Shown piece after piece: positions 9,628 through 17,453 of a DNA stretch of 55,268 nt. The notes beneath the pieces are model-generated. The model saw only the letters and a program-made list of their open reading frames with translations, did not search any database and was not told where the DNA came from. Source of the DNA: an uncultured Thermococci archaeon (GTDB taxonomy: Archaea; Methanobacteriota_B; Thermococci; Thermococcales; Thermococcaceae); the NCBI GenBank assembly GCA_964487115.1, contig CAZAPD010000062.1, positions 1-55,268 on the forward strand. Direction: 5' to 3'. The translations under genes and the position numbers were made by a program. Position 1 is the stretch's first letter, and each line of letters opens with the position of its first letter.

Positions 9628-10074
9628 TCACTCCTTCAGCACTATCCGCAGGGGAGTTGCGTTTTTCAGGTTGTCAGTGACCGGACAGCGCTCCTCCACT
9701 TCTCTCAAAAGTTCCTCGATTTTCTCCTTAGGGGCATCAGCCTCCAGATAAACCGAGACCGTCACCTCGGTGAAGCCCGCACGTCCCTCTTTTGAGATGC
9801 CCTGAAACTTCGCGGGATCCAGCTTTCCGGTGATGGCCAGATCAAGGGCCTTCACGGGTATCCCCTTCTCCCCCGCGACCCCCCTGATGGTGACGTTCAG
9901 ACAGCCAGCCAATGCCACGAGGAGGTACTCAACAGGATTCGGGCCCTCATCCGTTCCACCTATCTCTGCCGGCTCATCAACGATGACATCGAACTCCCTG
10001 ACCTTCGCGAGCAGCTTCGTGTCAGATAGGGACTTCCCGGTTACGTAGAACGTCCACTCATCCAAGGCCATCAC
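9628..10074 (-). CDS. OsmC/Ohr family protein
   Basis: DEP..GG.D.GPNPVEYLLVALAGC and EERCPV: both catalytic cysteines are present. Confidence 0.9.
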   Translation of the reverse strand: MMALDEWTFYVTGKSLSDTKLLAKVREFDVIVDEPAEIGGTDEGPNPVEYLLVALAGCLNVTIRGVAGEKGIPVKALDLAITGKLDPAKFQGISKEGRAGFTEVTVSVYLEADAPKEKIEELLREVEERCPVTDNLKNATPLRIVLKE

Positions 10075-10373
10075 CCGAAGATACTGTCTCCGCTCTTTCC
10101 CTCCAGACCGGGATGGATGTCGAACCGCACGGCTCCAACGGGAACCTTTCCTCCAACGGCCTCAACGACCCTGGCCACACCGAGGTGACCAAAGCCTCCG
10201 CACAGCTCTATCGCAGCAATCCCATCTTCCACGAGCTTTTTCGCGACCTCGCAGGCCTCATCGTAGTTTTTGACACCGACAACGTGAAGCTCCACCATTG
10301 GAGTCCGGATAACGGCTTTGTGCTCCCCCGGATTCGCTTCAGGTGCGACGAACATGAAGGCGGCCTTGAGCAT
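10071..10373 (-). CDS. DUF6506-like small protein
   Basis: AFMF.AP start and AIELCGGFG motif; GGAGGTGA RBS. Confidence 0.75.
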   Translation of the reverse strand: MLKAAFMFVAPEANPGEHKAVIRTPMVELHVVGVKNYDEACEVAKKLVEDGIAAIELCGGFGHLGVARVVEAVGGKVPVGAVRFDIHPGLEGKSGDSIFG

Positions 10374-10397
10374 GTTTTCACCTCCAAAAATGAGAGG

Positions 10398-11381
10398 TCA
10401 GAGAACCTCCCTGACTGCGTTCTCTATTCTCTCCGTGCATGGTATCCACTCGTTTTCAAGGGCCGGGCTGAAGGGCACAGGGGTTGCTGGGGGCGTTATT
10501 ATCTTAATCGGAGCTTTTAGGTGCTCAAAGGCCCTGCTGGCGGCGAGTGCAGCTACGTCGGTGGCAAAGCCCGCCCTCGGATAGCCCTCGTCAACGACTA
10601 CCAGCCTTCCGGTCTTCTTTATGGAGTTCAGGATCGTCTCAGTGTCCAAGGGTACGAGCGACCTCGGATCAACGACCTCGACGCTTATACCCTCTTCCGC
10701 GAGCTTCTCCGCCACTTCCAGGGCCCTGTGAACCATAGCTGCCGTTGCAACTATTGTCGCGTCCTTTCCTTCCCTCTTCACGTCTGCCTCTCCAAGTGGT
10801 ATGGAATAAGGCTCCTCCGGAACAGGACCCTTAACCGCGTAAAGTCCCTTGTGCTCTATGAAAACAACCGGGTCGTCATCCTCTATCGCCGAGATCAGCA
10901 GTCCTTTGGCGTCATAGGGGGTGGAGGGCATGACAACTTTAAGACCCGGCACGTGGATGAAGAGTGCATGAAGCGACTGGGAGTGCTGTGCGGCGGCCGA
11001 AAAGCCGGCTCCACAAGTTGTTCTGAGAACCAGTGGTATCCTCGCTTTCCCGCCGAACATGTACCTCATCTTTGCGGCCTGGTTGTATATCTGGTCGTAG
11101 GCGACTCCAAGGAAGTCTATGAACATAAGCTCCACAACGGGTCTCAGCAGTCCAGTAGCCGCAGCCCCAACCGCAGTACCTATGAAGCCACTCTCCGCTA
11201 TCGGTGTATCCCTGACCCTCTCCGGCCCGTACTTCTCGTAAAGTCCAGCGGTAACCCCGTATATCCCTCCATAGAGTCCGACGTCTTCGCCCATTACGAC
11301 GACCTTTTCATTCTTCCCCATTTCGTAGTCCAGCGCCTCGTTGAGTGCCTGAGCGAAGGTTATCTCCCTCACCACTGCCAT
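10398..11381 (-). CDS. acoB: acetoin/2-oxoacid dehydrogenase E1 beta subunit (copy 1, AcoB-like)
   Basis: GEDVG, DTPIAE, NQAAKMRYMFGG and AAQHSQ motifs. Confidence 0.9.
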   Translation of the reverse strand: MAVVREITFAQALNEALDYEMGKNEKVVVMGEDVGLYGGIYGVTAGLYEKYGPERVRDTPIAESGFIGTAVGAAATGLLRPVVELMFIDFLGVAYDQIYNQAAKMRYMFGGKARIPLVLRTTCGAGFSAAAQHSQSLHALFIHVPGLKVVMPSTPYDAKGLLISAIEDDDPVVFIEHKGLYAVKGPVPEEPYSIPLGEADVKREGKDATIVATAAMVHRALEVAEKLAEEGISVEVVDPRSLVPLDTETILNSIKKTGRLVVVDEGYPRAGFATDVAALAASRAFEHLKAPIKIITPPATPVPFSPALENEWIPCTERIENAVREVL

Positions 11382-12373
11382 ACGAGCACCCCCTTGGTGG
11401 GCGTGGAGAAGACATCCTCAAGGAGTTCCTCCCCCGACGGCCATGGGCTTTCCTCTGCAAACTTTACAGCCTCCTCAATCTCCTTCCGGGCCTTCTCCCA
11501 GATTGCATCGAGCTCTTCCCTTGTGGTTATCCCCTTGGCCAGGAGTTTCTCCTCGAAGAGCTTTATCGGGTCTTTGTTCTCCTTCCACCATTCGATTTCC
11601 TCCTTTGACCTGTAGACCTGTGGGTCGCCCTCAAAATGTCCCCTGAACCTGTAGGTCTTGGCCTCTATCAGAGTTGGCCCCTCACCCCTTCTGGCGCGTT
11701 CAATGGCTTCCTTGGCCACCTCATAGACTGCCAGAACATCCTGCCCGTCAACACTCACACCGGGAATTCCATAGGCTTTGGCCCTCTCGGCCACGCTCTT
11801 TATCGTCTGCTGTTTCTCGTAGGAGAGGGATATCTGGTACTGGTTGTTCTCACAGACGAATACAACGGGCAGCTTCCAGATGGCCGCGAGATTTATCCCC
11901 TCATGGAAGTTCTGCTGGTTCGAGGCACCGTCACCGAAGAAGGCAACGGCGACGTTATCGAGGCCGTTGAGCTTTATGCCCAGGCCCGCACCGACCGCGT
12001 GGGGGATGCCACCCCCAACTATGCCGTTGGCTCCCAGCTCACCGACGTCAAGGTCGGCTATGTGCATTGAACCGCCCTTTCCCTTTCCGCTTCCGGTCTT
12101 CTTTCCGAATAGCTCGGCCATAGAGGCCTTTATATCCCCTCCCTTGGCTATGTAGTGGCCGTGTCCCCTGTGGGTGCTCGTTATGAAGTCCTCCCTCCGG
12201 AGGTTGGCCATCACACCAACGGCGACGGCCTCTTCCCCGACGTATAGATGTACGAAGCCGGGTATCTTGCCCTGGGCAAAGAGCTCTGCAACTCTTTCTT
12301 CATGCACTCTAATCCTCACCATAGTTTCATACATCCACAACAAAGTTTCTTTTGGGATTTCCTTTACGGGCAT
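11369..12373 (-). CDS. acoA: acetoin/2-oxoacid dehydrogenase E1 alpha subunit (copy 1, AcoA-like)
   Basis: IPGFVHLY.GEEA, STHRGHGH, GKGGSMH, GDGASNQ...ENN and GHFEGD motifs. Confidence 0.9.
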   Translation of the reverse strand: MPVKEIPKETLLWMYETMVRIRVHEERVAELFAQGKIPGFVHLYVGEEAVAVGVMANLRREDFITSTHRGHGHYIAKGGDIKASMAELFGKKTGSGKGKGGSMHIADLDVGELGANGIVGGGIPHAVGAGLGIKLNGLDNVAVAFFGDGASNQQNFHEGINLAAIWKLPVVFVCENNQYQISLSYEKQQTIKSVAERAKAYGIPGVSVDGQDVLAVYEVAKEAIERARRGEGPTLIEAKTYRFRGHFEGDPQVYRSKEEIEWWKENKDPIKLFEEKLLAKGITTREELDAIWEKARKEIEEAVKFAEESPWPSGEELLEDVFSTPTKGVLVWQW

Positions 12374-12455
12374 AGTATTTCCTCCTTCTAAATATAGATT
12401 TCATCTTTTTATTTTTTCAAAAATAGATTTAACTAAGTGGTAATTTGTAAAACTG

Positions 12456-12507
12456 ATATATACATATTTCGCAAGCGTTATATATGTTAATTCAGCTATT
12501 AACGCTT
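12456..12507. promoter_or_regulatory. divergent promoter region with inverted repeat AAGCGTTA-N19-TAACGCTT
   Basis: AT-rich intergenic between divergent operons; TATA-like runs near 12456-12463 and 12478-12485; perfect 8-bp arms at 12473-12480 and 12500-12507. Confidence 0.5.
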
Positions 12508-12533
12508 AGAAGGTTAATTTTGGGGGAGAAAAT

Positions 12534-12785
12534 ATGAGTATGAGAAGGGTAAATATTATCATGCCGAAGTTGGGAATGACCATGAAGAAAGGAGAAATCG
12601 TTGAATGGAAGAAAAAAGCAGGTGAACCTGTGAAAAAGGGGGAAGTTATAGCTATTGTAGAGTCTGAAAAATTGACAGGAAACATTGAATCCCCTGCCAC
12701 AGGAGTTCTTGTGGAGATACTGCATGATATAGGAGATGAGGTTCCAGTTGGAGAAACAATTGGAATAGTTGAAACAGAAGAGTGA
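12534..12785 (+). CDS. stand-alone lipoyl domain protein (detached E2 N-terminus)
   Basis: MPKLGMTMKKG.IVEW.K..GE.V.KGE.IA.VESEK: typical AcoC/E2 lipoyl domain with its own stop codon. Confidence 0.92.
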   Translation: MSMRRVNIIMPKLGMTMKKGEIVEWKKKAGEPVKKGEVIAIVESEKLTGNIESPATGVLVEILHDIGDEVPVGETIGIVETEE

Positions 12786-12789
12786 TCGC

Positions 12790-13608
12790 ATGGTAAGCGA
12801 AGAGGTAAAAATGATAGCTGAGCAGTATGATGTGGATCTTTCAAAGCTTAAAGGTTCGGGGCCAGATGGAGAGGTTACCCTTGAGGATTTAGAGGCATAC
12901 ATAAAGGAGCATTTTTACCCTAAAGTGAAGGAGGAGGTCAGGATTTTTGGGATTAGAAAGGTTATAGCGGGTAGACTCTCTAAGAGTTACAGGGAAGCTG
13001 TTCATGTAACATTGAATATGGACGTGGAAATGGATAATCTCATGAAACTAAGAATGGAATTTGCTGAAAAACTTGGCAAAAAACCTTCATACACCGTGAT
13101 AATGCTGAAGTGTATAGCTCAGGCTATTAGAGATTTTATTGAGATTAATGCCACTATGGAGGGAGAGAAGATTATAATATATGACAATGTTAACATAAAC
13201 GTTGCAGTTGATAGCCCTGTGGGTTTGATAACCCCTGTTATCAGGGATGTTGATAGGAAATGCTTGGAAGAGCTTCTCAGGGATTATCAAGACCTTATGG
13301 AAAGAGCAAAAAAAGGTCTTCTCAAGGAAAAAGACTTTGTTGGGGGCACATTCACTCTAACAAATCTTGGAATGTTTGGTGTTGACTCGTTTACCCCAAT
13401 AATAAACCCACCTCAGATAGCTATACTCGGGATAAACAGGATTGTTCAGAGGCCTGTTGTGAGAAATGGTAATATTGGGACTGCCCACATAATGACACTA
13501 TCCTTAAGTTTTGACCACAGGGCTATAGATGGCGCACCAGCGGCTAGGTTCCTCCAGAGAGTCAAATACTATTTGGAAAATCCCAGGGAGGTGTTCAAGA
13601 ATGGATGA
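12790..13608 (+). CDS. dihydrolipoamide acyltransferase E2 core (subunit-binding plus catalytic domain, no lipoyl domain)
   Basis: DLSKLKGSGPDG; GGTFTLTNLG; FTPIINPPQ; catalytic DHRAIDG. Confidence 0.93.
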   Translation: MVSEEVKMIAEQYDVDLSKLKGSGPDGEVTLEDLEAYIKEHFYPKVKEEVRIFGIRKVIAGRLSKSYREAVHVTLNMDVEMDNLMKLRMEFAEKLGKKPSYTVIMLKCIAQAIRDFIEINATMEGEKIIIYDNVNINVAVDSPVGLITPVIRDVDRKCLEELLRDYQDLMERAKKGLLKEKDFVGGTFTLTNLGMFGVDSFTPIINPPQIAILGINRIVQRPVVRNGNIGTAHIMTLSLSFDHRAIDGAPAARFLQRVKYYLENPREVFKNG

Positions 13609-13978
13609 ATGGAAGCGTTACGTTATTGAAATTGGAATGGGGATAGACCAGCATGGACAGGACTCTACAAGAGCAGCTGTGAAGGCTGTCAAGGATGCTA
13701 TAACAAGGGTTTGCACCGTAGGTCTTCTGGAGCTCTTTGAGCTTGATTTGGAAGAGGATGTTAAAGCGGAGATTATAATTGGAATTCCTTATCCGGAAAG
13801 TGTAAATGCTAATGAAGTTAAAAAAGCGATTCCGATACCATGTGAAAAAATTGTTAGAACTGTCAAAGGAGGCTTAAAAGGCCCCGGTGTAGCTCTTGAG
13901 GAATTTGGAGATAGGACAAATGAGATGATTGTCGCCATAGCATTTATAACGCTCTATGTTAGGGGAGGGAAGAAATGA
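13601..13978 (+). CDS. Lin0512 family protein
   Basis: IEIGMGIDQHGQDSTRAAVKAVKDAI motif; GGAGGTG RBS before ATG 13601. Confidence 0.82.
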   Translation: MDEWKRYVIEIGMGIDQHGQDSTRAAVKAVKDAITRVCTVGLLELFELDLEEDVKAEIIIGIPYPESVNANEVKKAIPIPCEKIVRTVKGGLKGPGVALEEFGDRTNEMIVAIAFITLYVRGGKK

Positions 13979-14955
13979 AAAAGACAACAGTCGGCATAAT
14001 AGCAAATCCCGAATCCGGCAGGGACATAAGGCGGCTGATTGCCCATGCAAGCGTCTTTGACAACATGGAGAAGGTTAACATAGTCGAAAGGCTCCTTCTT
14101 ATACTCCAGGATCTTGGGATTGAGAAAATAATTGCAATGCCAGAGACATTTGGTATAGTTCCGGGTGCTGTAAATGCTATCGAGGATCACCTGACAATGG
14201 AAGTTGAAATCCTTCCTATGAGGATATTTGGGGACTGGAGGGATACATACAATGCTACTAAGGCAATGAGGGGTAAAGTAAGTGCTTTAGTTGTTATCGG
14301 GGGAGATGGAACCAATAGAATCGTTGCTAAAGCCTGTGGTAGTACTCCTATAATGCCAATATCTACCGGTACCAATAACGTTTTCCCATATATGATAGAG
14401 GCTACTATAGCAGGTGAGGCAACTGCTGCAATAGCAAGGGGAGTGGTAAAGCCCGAAGAGGGTACATATCAAGCCAAGAGGATTGAACTTTTTGAAGACG
14501 GCGTTTTGAAGGATATAGCTCTCATTGACGCCGTGGCAACTATCCATTCTTTTGTGGGTTCAAAGGCTGTCTGGAAGCCTGAATATTTGAAGGAAATCGT
14601 TGTTAGCAGGTGTTCTCCTTTCAACATTGGACTGAGTGCTATAGCAGGAATTCTGAGGGAAATTGGAGGGGATGAAGATTTGGGTTTATACATCGAGCTT
14701 GGTGAAGGTAGGGTTATAAAGGCTCCAATAGCCCCGGGTATTTTCAAGAAGGTGAGAATAAAAGGTTTTAAGGAACTGAAGCTTGGGGAGGAAATTGAGA
14801 TAAAAACTTCCCCATCCCTTTTTGCCTTAGATGGTGAGAGAGAAGTTGAAATGAGTGGTGAGATAACAGCAAAGGTTACGAGAAATGGACCACGGGTAAT
14901 AGACTATCAAAAAACTCTAAAGCTGGCATCTAAGAGGGGATTCTTTGAGGATTAG
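13975..14955 (+). CDS. acoX: AcoX-like ATP-NAD kinase family protein
   Basis: GIIANPESGRDIRRL, GGDGTNR, STGTNNVFP and ALDGERE motifs. Confidence 0.85.
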   Translation: MKKTTVGIIANPESGRDIRRLIAHASVFDNMEKVNIVERLLLILQDLGIEKIIAMPETFGIVPGAVNAIEDHLTMEVEILPMRIFGDWRDTYNATKAMRGKVSALVVIGGDGTNRIVAKACGSTPIMPISTGTNNVFPYMIEATIAGEATAAIARGVVKPEEGTYQAKRIELFEDGVLKDIALIDAVATIHSFVGSKAVWKPEYLKEIVVSRCSPFNIGLSAIAGILREIGGDEDLGLYIELGEGRVIKAPIAPGIFKKVRIKGFKELKLGEEIEIKTSPSLFALDGEREVEMSGEITAKVTRNGPRVIDYQKTLKLASKRGFFED

Positions 14956-15743
14956 CTGAGGATCTTATCTATTTTCTCTTCGAGCTCTCTTTTATTAATT
15001 TTTGGCGGTCTTTTCATATTCCACTCCTCTCTCGAATATTTTTCTTTTTGAAGCAATCTGGCAACTTTAATCTCTTTCTCTGTGGGCTTCTCAAAATGAT
15101 ATGTCAACGACAGAATTTCCGAATACCCATGAATTAATGCAGAAATGATATCACTATATTCAACATCAATGAATTCTGTCAGATTTGCCACTCTGTACTT
15201 AACGGGATCTATTGAGGGCTTAATATTCTCTGGTATTCTGAGCAGGGATTTGAGCTCTTTTAAGTTGGCATTTACGAGAATTGACCCATGAAGGAAGAGC
15301 ACTCCCCATTTTATACTCCCTGCAGTTCCGGAAATCTTTCTTCCTTTAAAGACAACATCGCTGGTGTTCCTGAGCTCTGCTCTTATCCCCAGCCTTTCCA
15401 GAGCGTTTAGAGTTCCTTTTAGTAGAGTACCGTAAAGATAGGAGATAGGGAATTTCACACCCCTTTTCAGTACAATTGAGTAGTTTATGCAGCCTTTATC
15501 ATGGTAAACAGTTCCCCCGCCTGTAAAACGCCTTATTATTGGGAATCCATCTTTTTCAGCCCTTAACAGGTTAACATCTATCTCCGGATCTCTGAAATAT
15601 CCCAGGACAATTGCTCTTTGATTGCTCCATATTCTCAGGGTATCCGGAATTAAGTCTTTTGCTCTTGCTCTTGCTAAGCTCTCTTCAAATGCGAGATTCA
15701 TGTAAGGGTTAGGGTCTTGAAATGTTAAAACTCTCAAATGCAT
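14952..15743 (-). CDS. lplA: lipoate-protein ligase (LplA catalytic domain only)
   Basis: NLAFEE, RRFTGGGTVYHD, KISGTA and HGSIL motifs; likely ATG at 15743. Confidence 0.88.
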   Translation of the reverse strand: MHLRVLTFQDPNPYMNLAFEESLARARAKDLIPDTLRIWSNQRAIVLGYFRDPEIDVNLLRAEKDGFPIIRRFTGGGTVYHDKGCINYSIVLKRGVKFPISYLYGTLLKGTLNALERLGIRAELRNTSDVVFKGRKISGTAGSIKWGVLFLHGSILVNANLKELKSLLRIPENIKPSIDPVKYRVANLTEFIDVEYSDIISALIHGYSEILSLTYHFEKPTEKEIKVARLLQKEKYSREEWNMKRPPKINKRELEEKIDKILS

Positions 15744-15822
15744 AATTGGAGATATCAGCCTATTGGCTATAAATCTTAGTGTGGATGAAAGATTCTTATA
15801 CTTCAGGGAACAATCTTTATCC

Positions 15823-15885
15823 AGCCGCGATGATGAGAAAGCACCTCCACTGAAAGATGAAGAGACGCCCACGGGCGGAGCGGCT
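15823..15885 (+). ncRNA. C/D box guide sRNA
   Basis: Terminal stem AGCCGC/GCGGCT; box C ATGATGA 15830-15836; 13-nt guide; D' CTGA 15850-15853; C' ATGAAGA 15857-15863; 12-nt guide; variant D CGGA 15876-15879. Confidence 0.85.
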
Positions 15886-17074
15886 ACTTCATATCCTCTA
15901 CATGGAGAAACAGGCATTTTAAGTATTCTGTGTCCTTGGATGCCATGAGTATTGGATGGTCTGGTGCCTGAACGCGATATGGCTCTACCAATCTTAGGAA
16001 CTTCTTTGTTTTGGCCGCCGCTGCAATAACCATGTCCTTAAACGTCTGCATATCCACATGCTGGGAACATGAACATGTTACCAAGAGCCCTCCCTCTCTG
16101 ACGAGCTTCATGCCGGCCTGGTTGACGTTAAAATAGGCTCTCAAACCCCGCTTTAGGTCTTTTTCATGTTGAACAAAAGCTGGCGGGTCAAGGATAACAA
16201 CATCAAACTTCTCTCCGTTCTTTGTCATCTCCTCCATGACGGGAAAAGCTGAGCCCACTATGAACTCCATTCTATCCTCAACATCATTGAGCTTGGCATT
16301 TTCCTTTGCCATTTCGATGGCCTGTGGGGATTTATCAACGGCTATAATCCGCTCAGCTCCGGCAACTGCAGCATGGATTGCAAAGCCACCAGTATAGGTG
16401 AATACATCCAGAACCCTGTAGCCGGGTTTGATATATTTTTCTAAAGCAATGCGGTTTTCGCGTTGGTCGAGGAAAAAACCTGTCTTCTGCCCTCGCATAT
16501 CCACAATAAATTTTGCTTTTCCCTCCTCGATTATTGTTCTGTATTTTTCCTTCCCGAGGAGAACACGCTCAATTTCTGGTAGACCTTCCCTTCTTCTTGA
16601 ACGTCCTGTGTTTTTCTCAAAAACAGTCTCGATTTCAGGCTCTGCTTCCATTATTGCCTCTGCAACGGTGAGTTTGAATCTCTCCATGCCGACACTTGAA
16701 ATCTGGAGTGAGGCTATCTCGTTGAATCTATCAACGATTAGACCTGGCAGATAATCCGCTTCACCATAGATCATCCTGTATGCTCTTTTATATCCTAAAA
16801 ATTTCTTTCTGTAATCATTTGCCTTCTTTATTCTCTCTCTGAAGAGTCCTTTGCTTATTTCTGTCTCTCTATCCTTTGTTAGCAGACGTACCATTATGTT
16901 TGAGTTGGGGTTGACAAATCCTTTTCCCAGAAATTTCTTTCCCCGGGAATACACCTCCACTATATCTCCCGGTTTGATCTCGCCTTCAGTTCTTATCACA
17001 CCTTTTTTGAAGATTATCATGGCCCCTTTTTCAATGGCTCTCACTGCCTGTGCATCTACATAAACCCTCGCCAT
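15884..17074 (-). CDS. RlmI-like PUA-domain rRNA m5C methyltransferase
   Basis: N-terminal PUA domain; GQKTGFFLDQREN, VLDVFTYTGGF, DPPAF and TCSCS motifs; 396 aa from ATG 17074. Confidence 0.92.
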   Translation of the reverse strand: MARVYVDAQAVRAIEKGAMIIFKKGVIRTEGEIKPGDIVEVYSRGKKFLGKGFVNPNSNIMVRLLTKDRETEISKGLFRERIKKANDYRKKFLGYKRAYRMIYGEADYLPGLIVDRFNEIASLQISSVGMERFKLTVAEAIMEAEPEIETVFEKNTGRSRRREGLPEIERVLLGKEKYRTIIEEGKAKFIVDMRGQKTGFFLDQRENRIALEKYIKPGYRVLDVFTYTGGFAIHAAVAGAERIIAVDKSPQAIEMAKENAKLNDVEDRMEFIVGSAFPVMEEMTKNGEKFDVVILDPPAFVQHEKDLKRGLRAYFNVNQAGMKLVREGGLLVTCSCSQHVDMQTFKDMVIAAAAKTKKFLRLVEPYRVQAPDHPILMASKDTEYLKCLFLHVEDMK

Positions 17075-17145
17075 CCTCTCACCCTTCTCAGATTTGGCCG
17101 ATAGGTATTTAACTCTTGGCATCCTAATATTTAAGGGTGAGTTCT

Positions 17146-17451
17146 ATGAACTTGGACGTCATAAAAGAGTTTCTGGAAGATATTGGTGCAGACTATACTG
17201 AGATTGAAGGGGAAATGCACCTTTCTCCGGAGGTTTTCTATGAAGTCTGGAAGTATATAGGGCAGCCTGAATTGAAGACCTACATAATTGAAGATGAGGT
17301 TGTAGAACCGGAGTCATATGACCCTCCCCAGATGAAATATACCTCTACACGAAAGGTTAAAATAAAGAAGATTTATTTTGAGACCCTTGAGAATGTAAAG
17401 GTTGTTACGGATTATTCTCAGTTCCAAAGGCTTCTCCGTGAAAGATCTTAA
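17146..17451 (+). CDS. conserved Thermococcales hypothetical protein (DUF5748-like)
   Basis: Acidic 101-aa ORF with GGTGA RBS. Confidence 0.7.
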   Translation: MNLDVIKEFLEDIGADYTEIEGEMHLSPEVFYEVWKYIGQPELKTYIIEDEVVEPESYDPPQMKYTSTRKVKIKKIYFETLENVKVVTDYSQFQRLLRERS

Positions 17452-17453
17452 TT

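Noticed and set aside
10521..11615. 364-aa plus-strand ORF
   Set aside because: Antisense shadow of the GC3-rich E1 genes.
12432..12444. 13-mer ACTAAGTGGTAAT also at 54622-54634, both in promoter regions
   Set aside because: Exact 13-mer matches are expected by chance in 55 kb, and the positions relative to the TATA boxes differ.
15763..15948. 61-aa ORF and the long N-terminal extension of LplA
   Set aside because: Both overlap the C/D sRNA and the methyltransferase 3' end; LplA homology starts at 15743.
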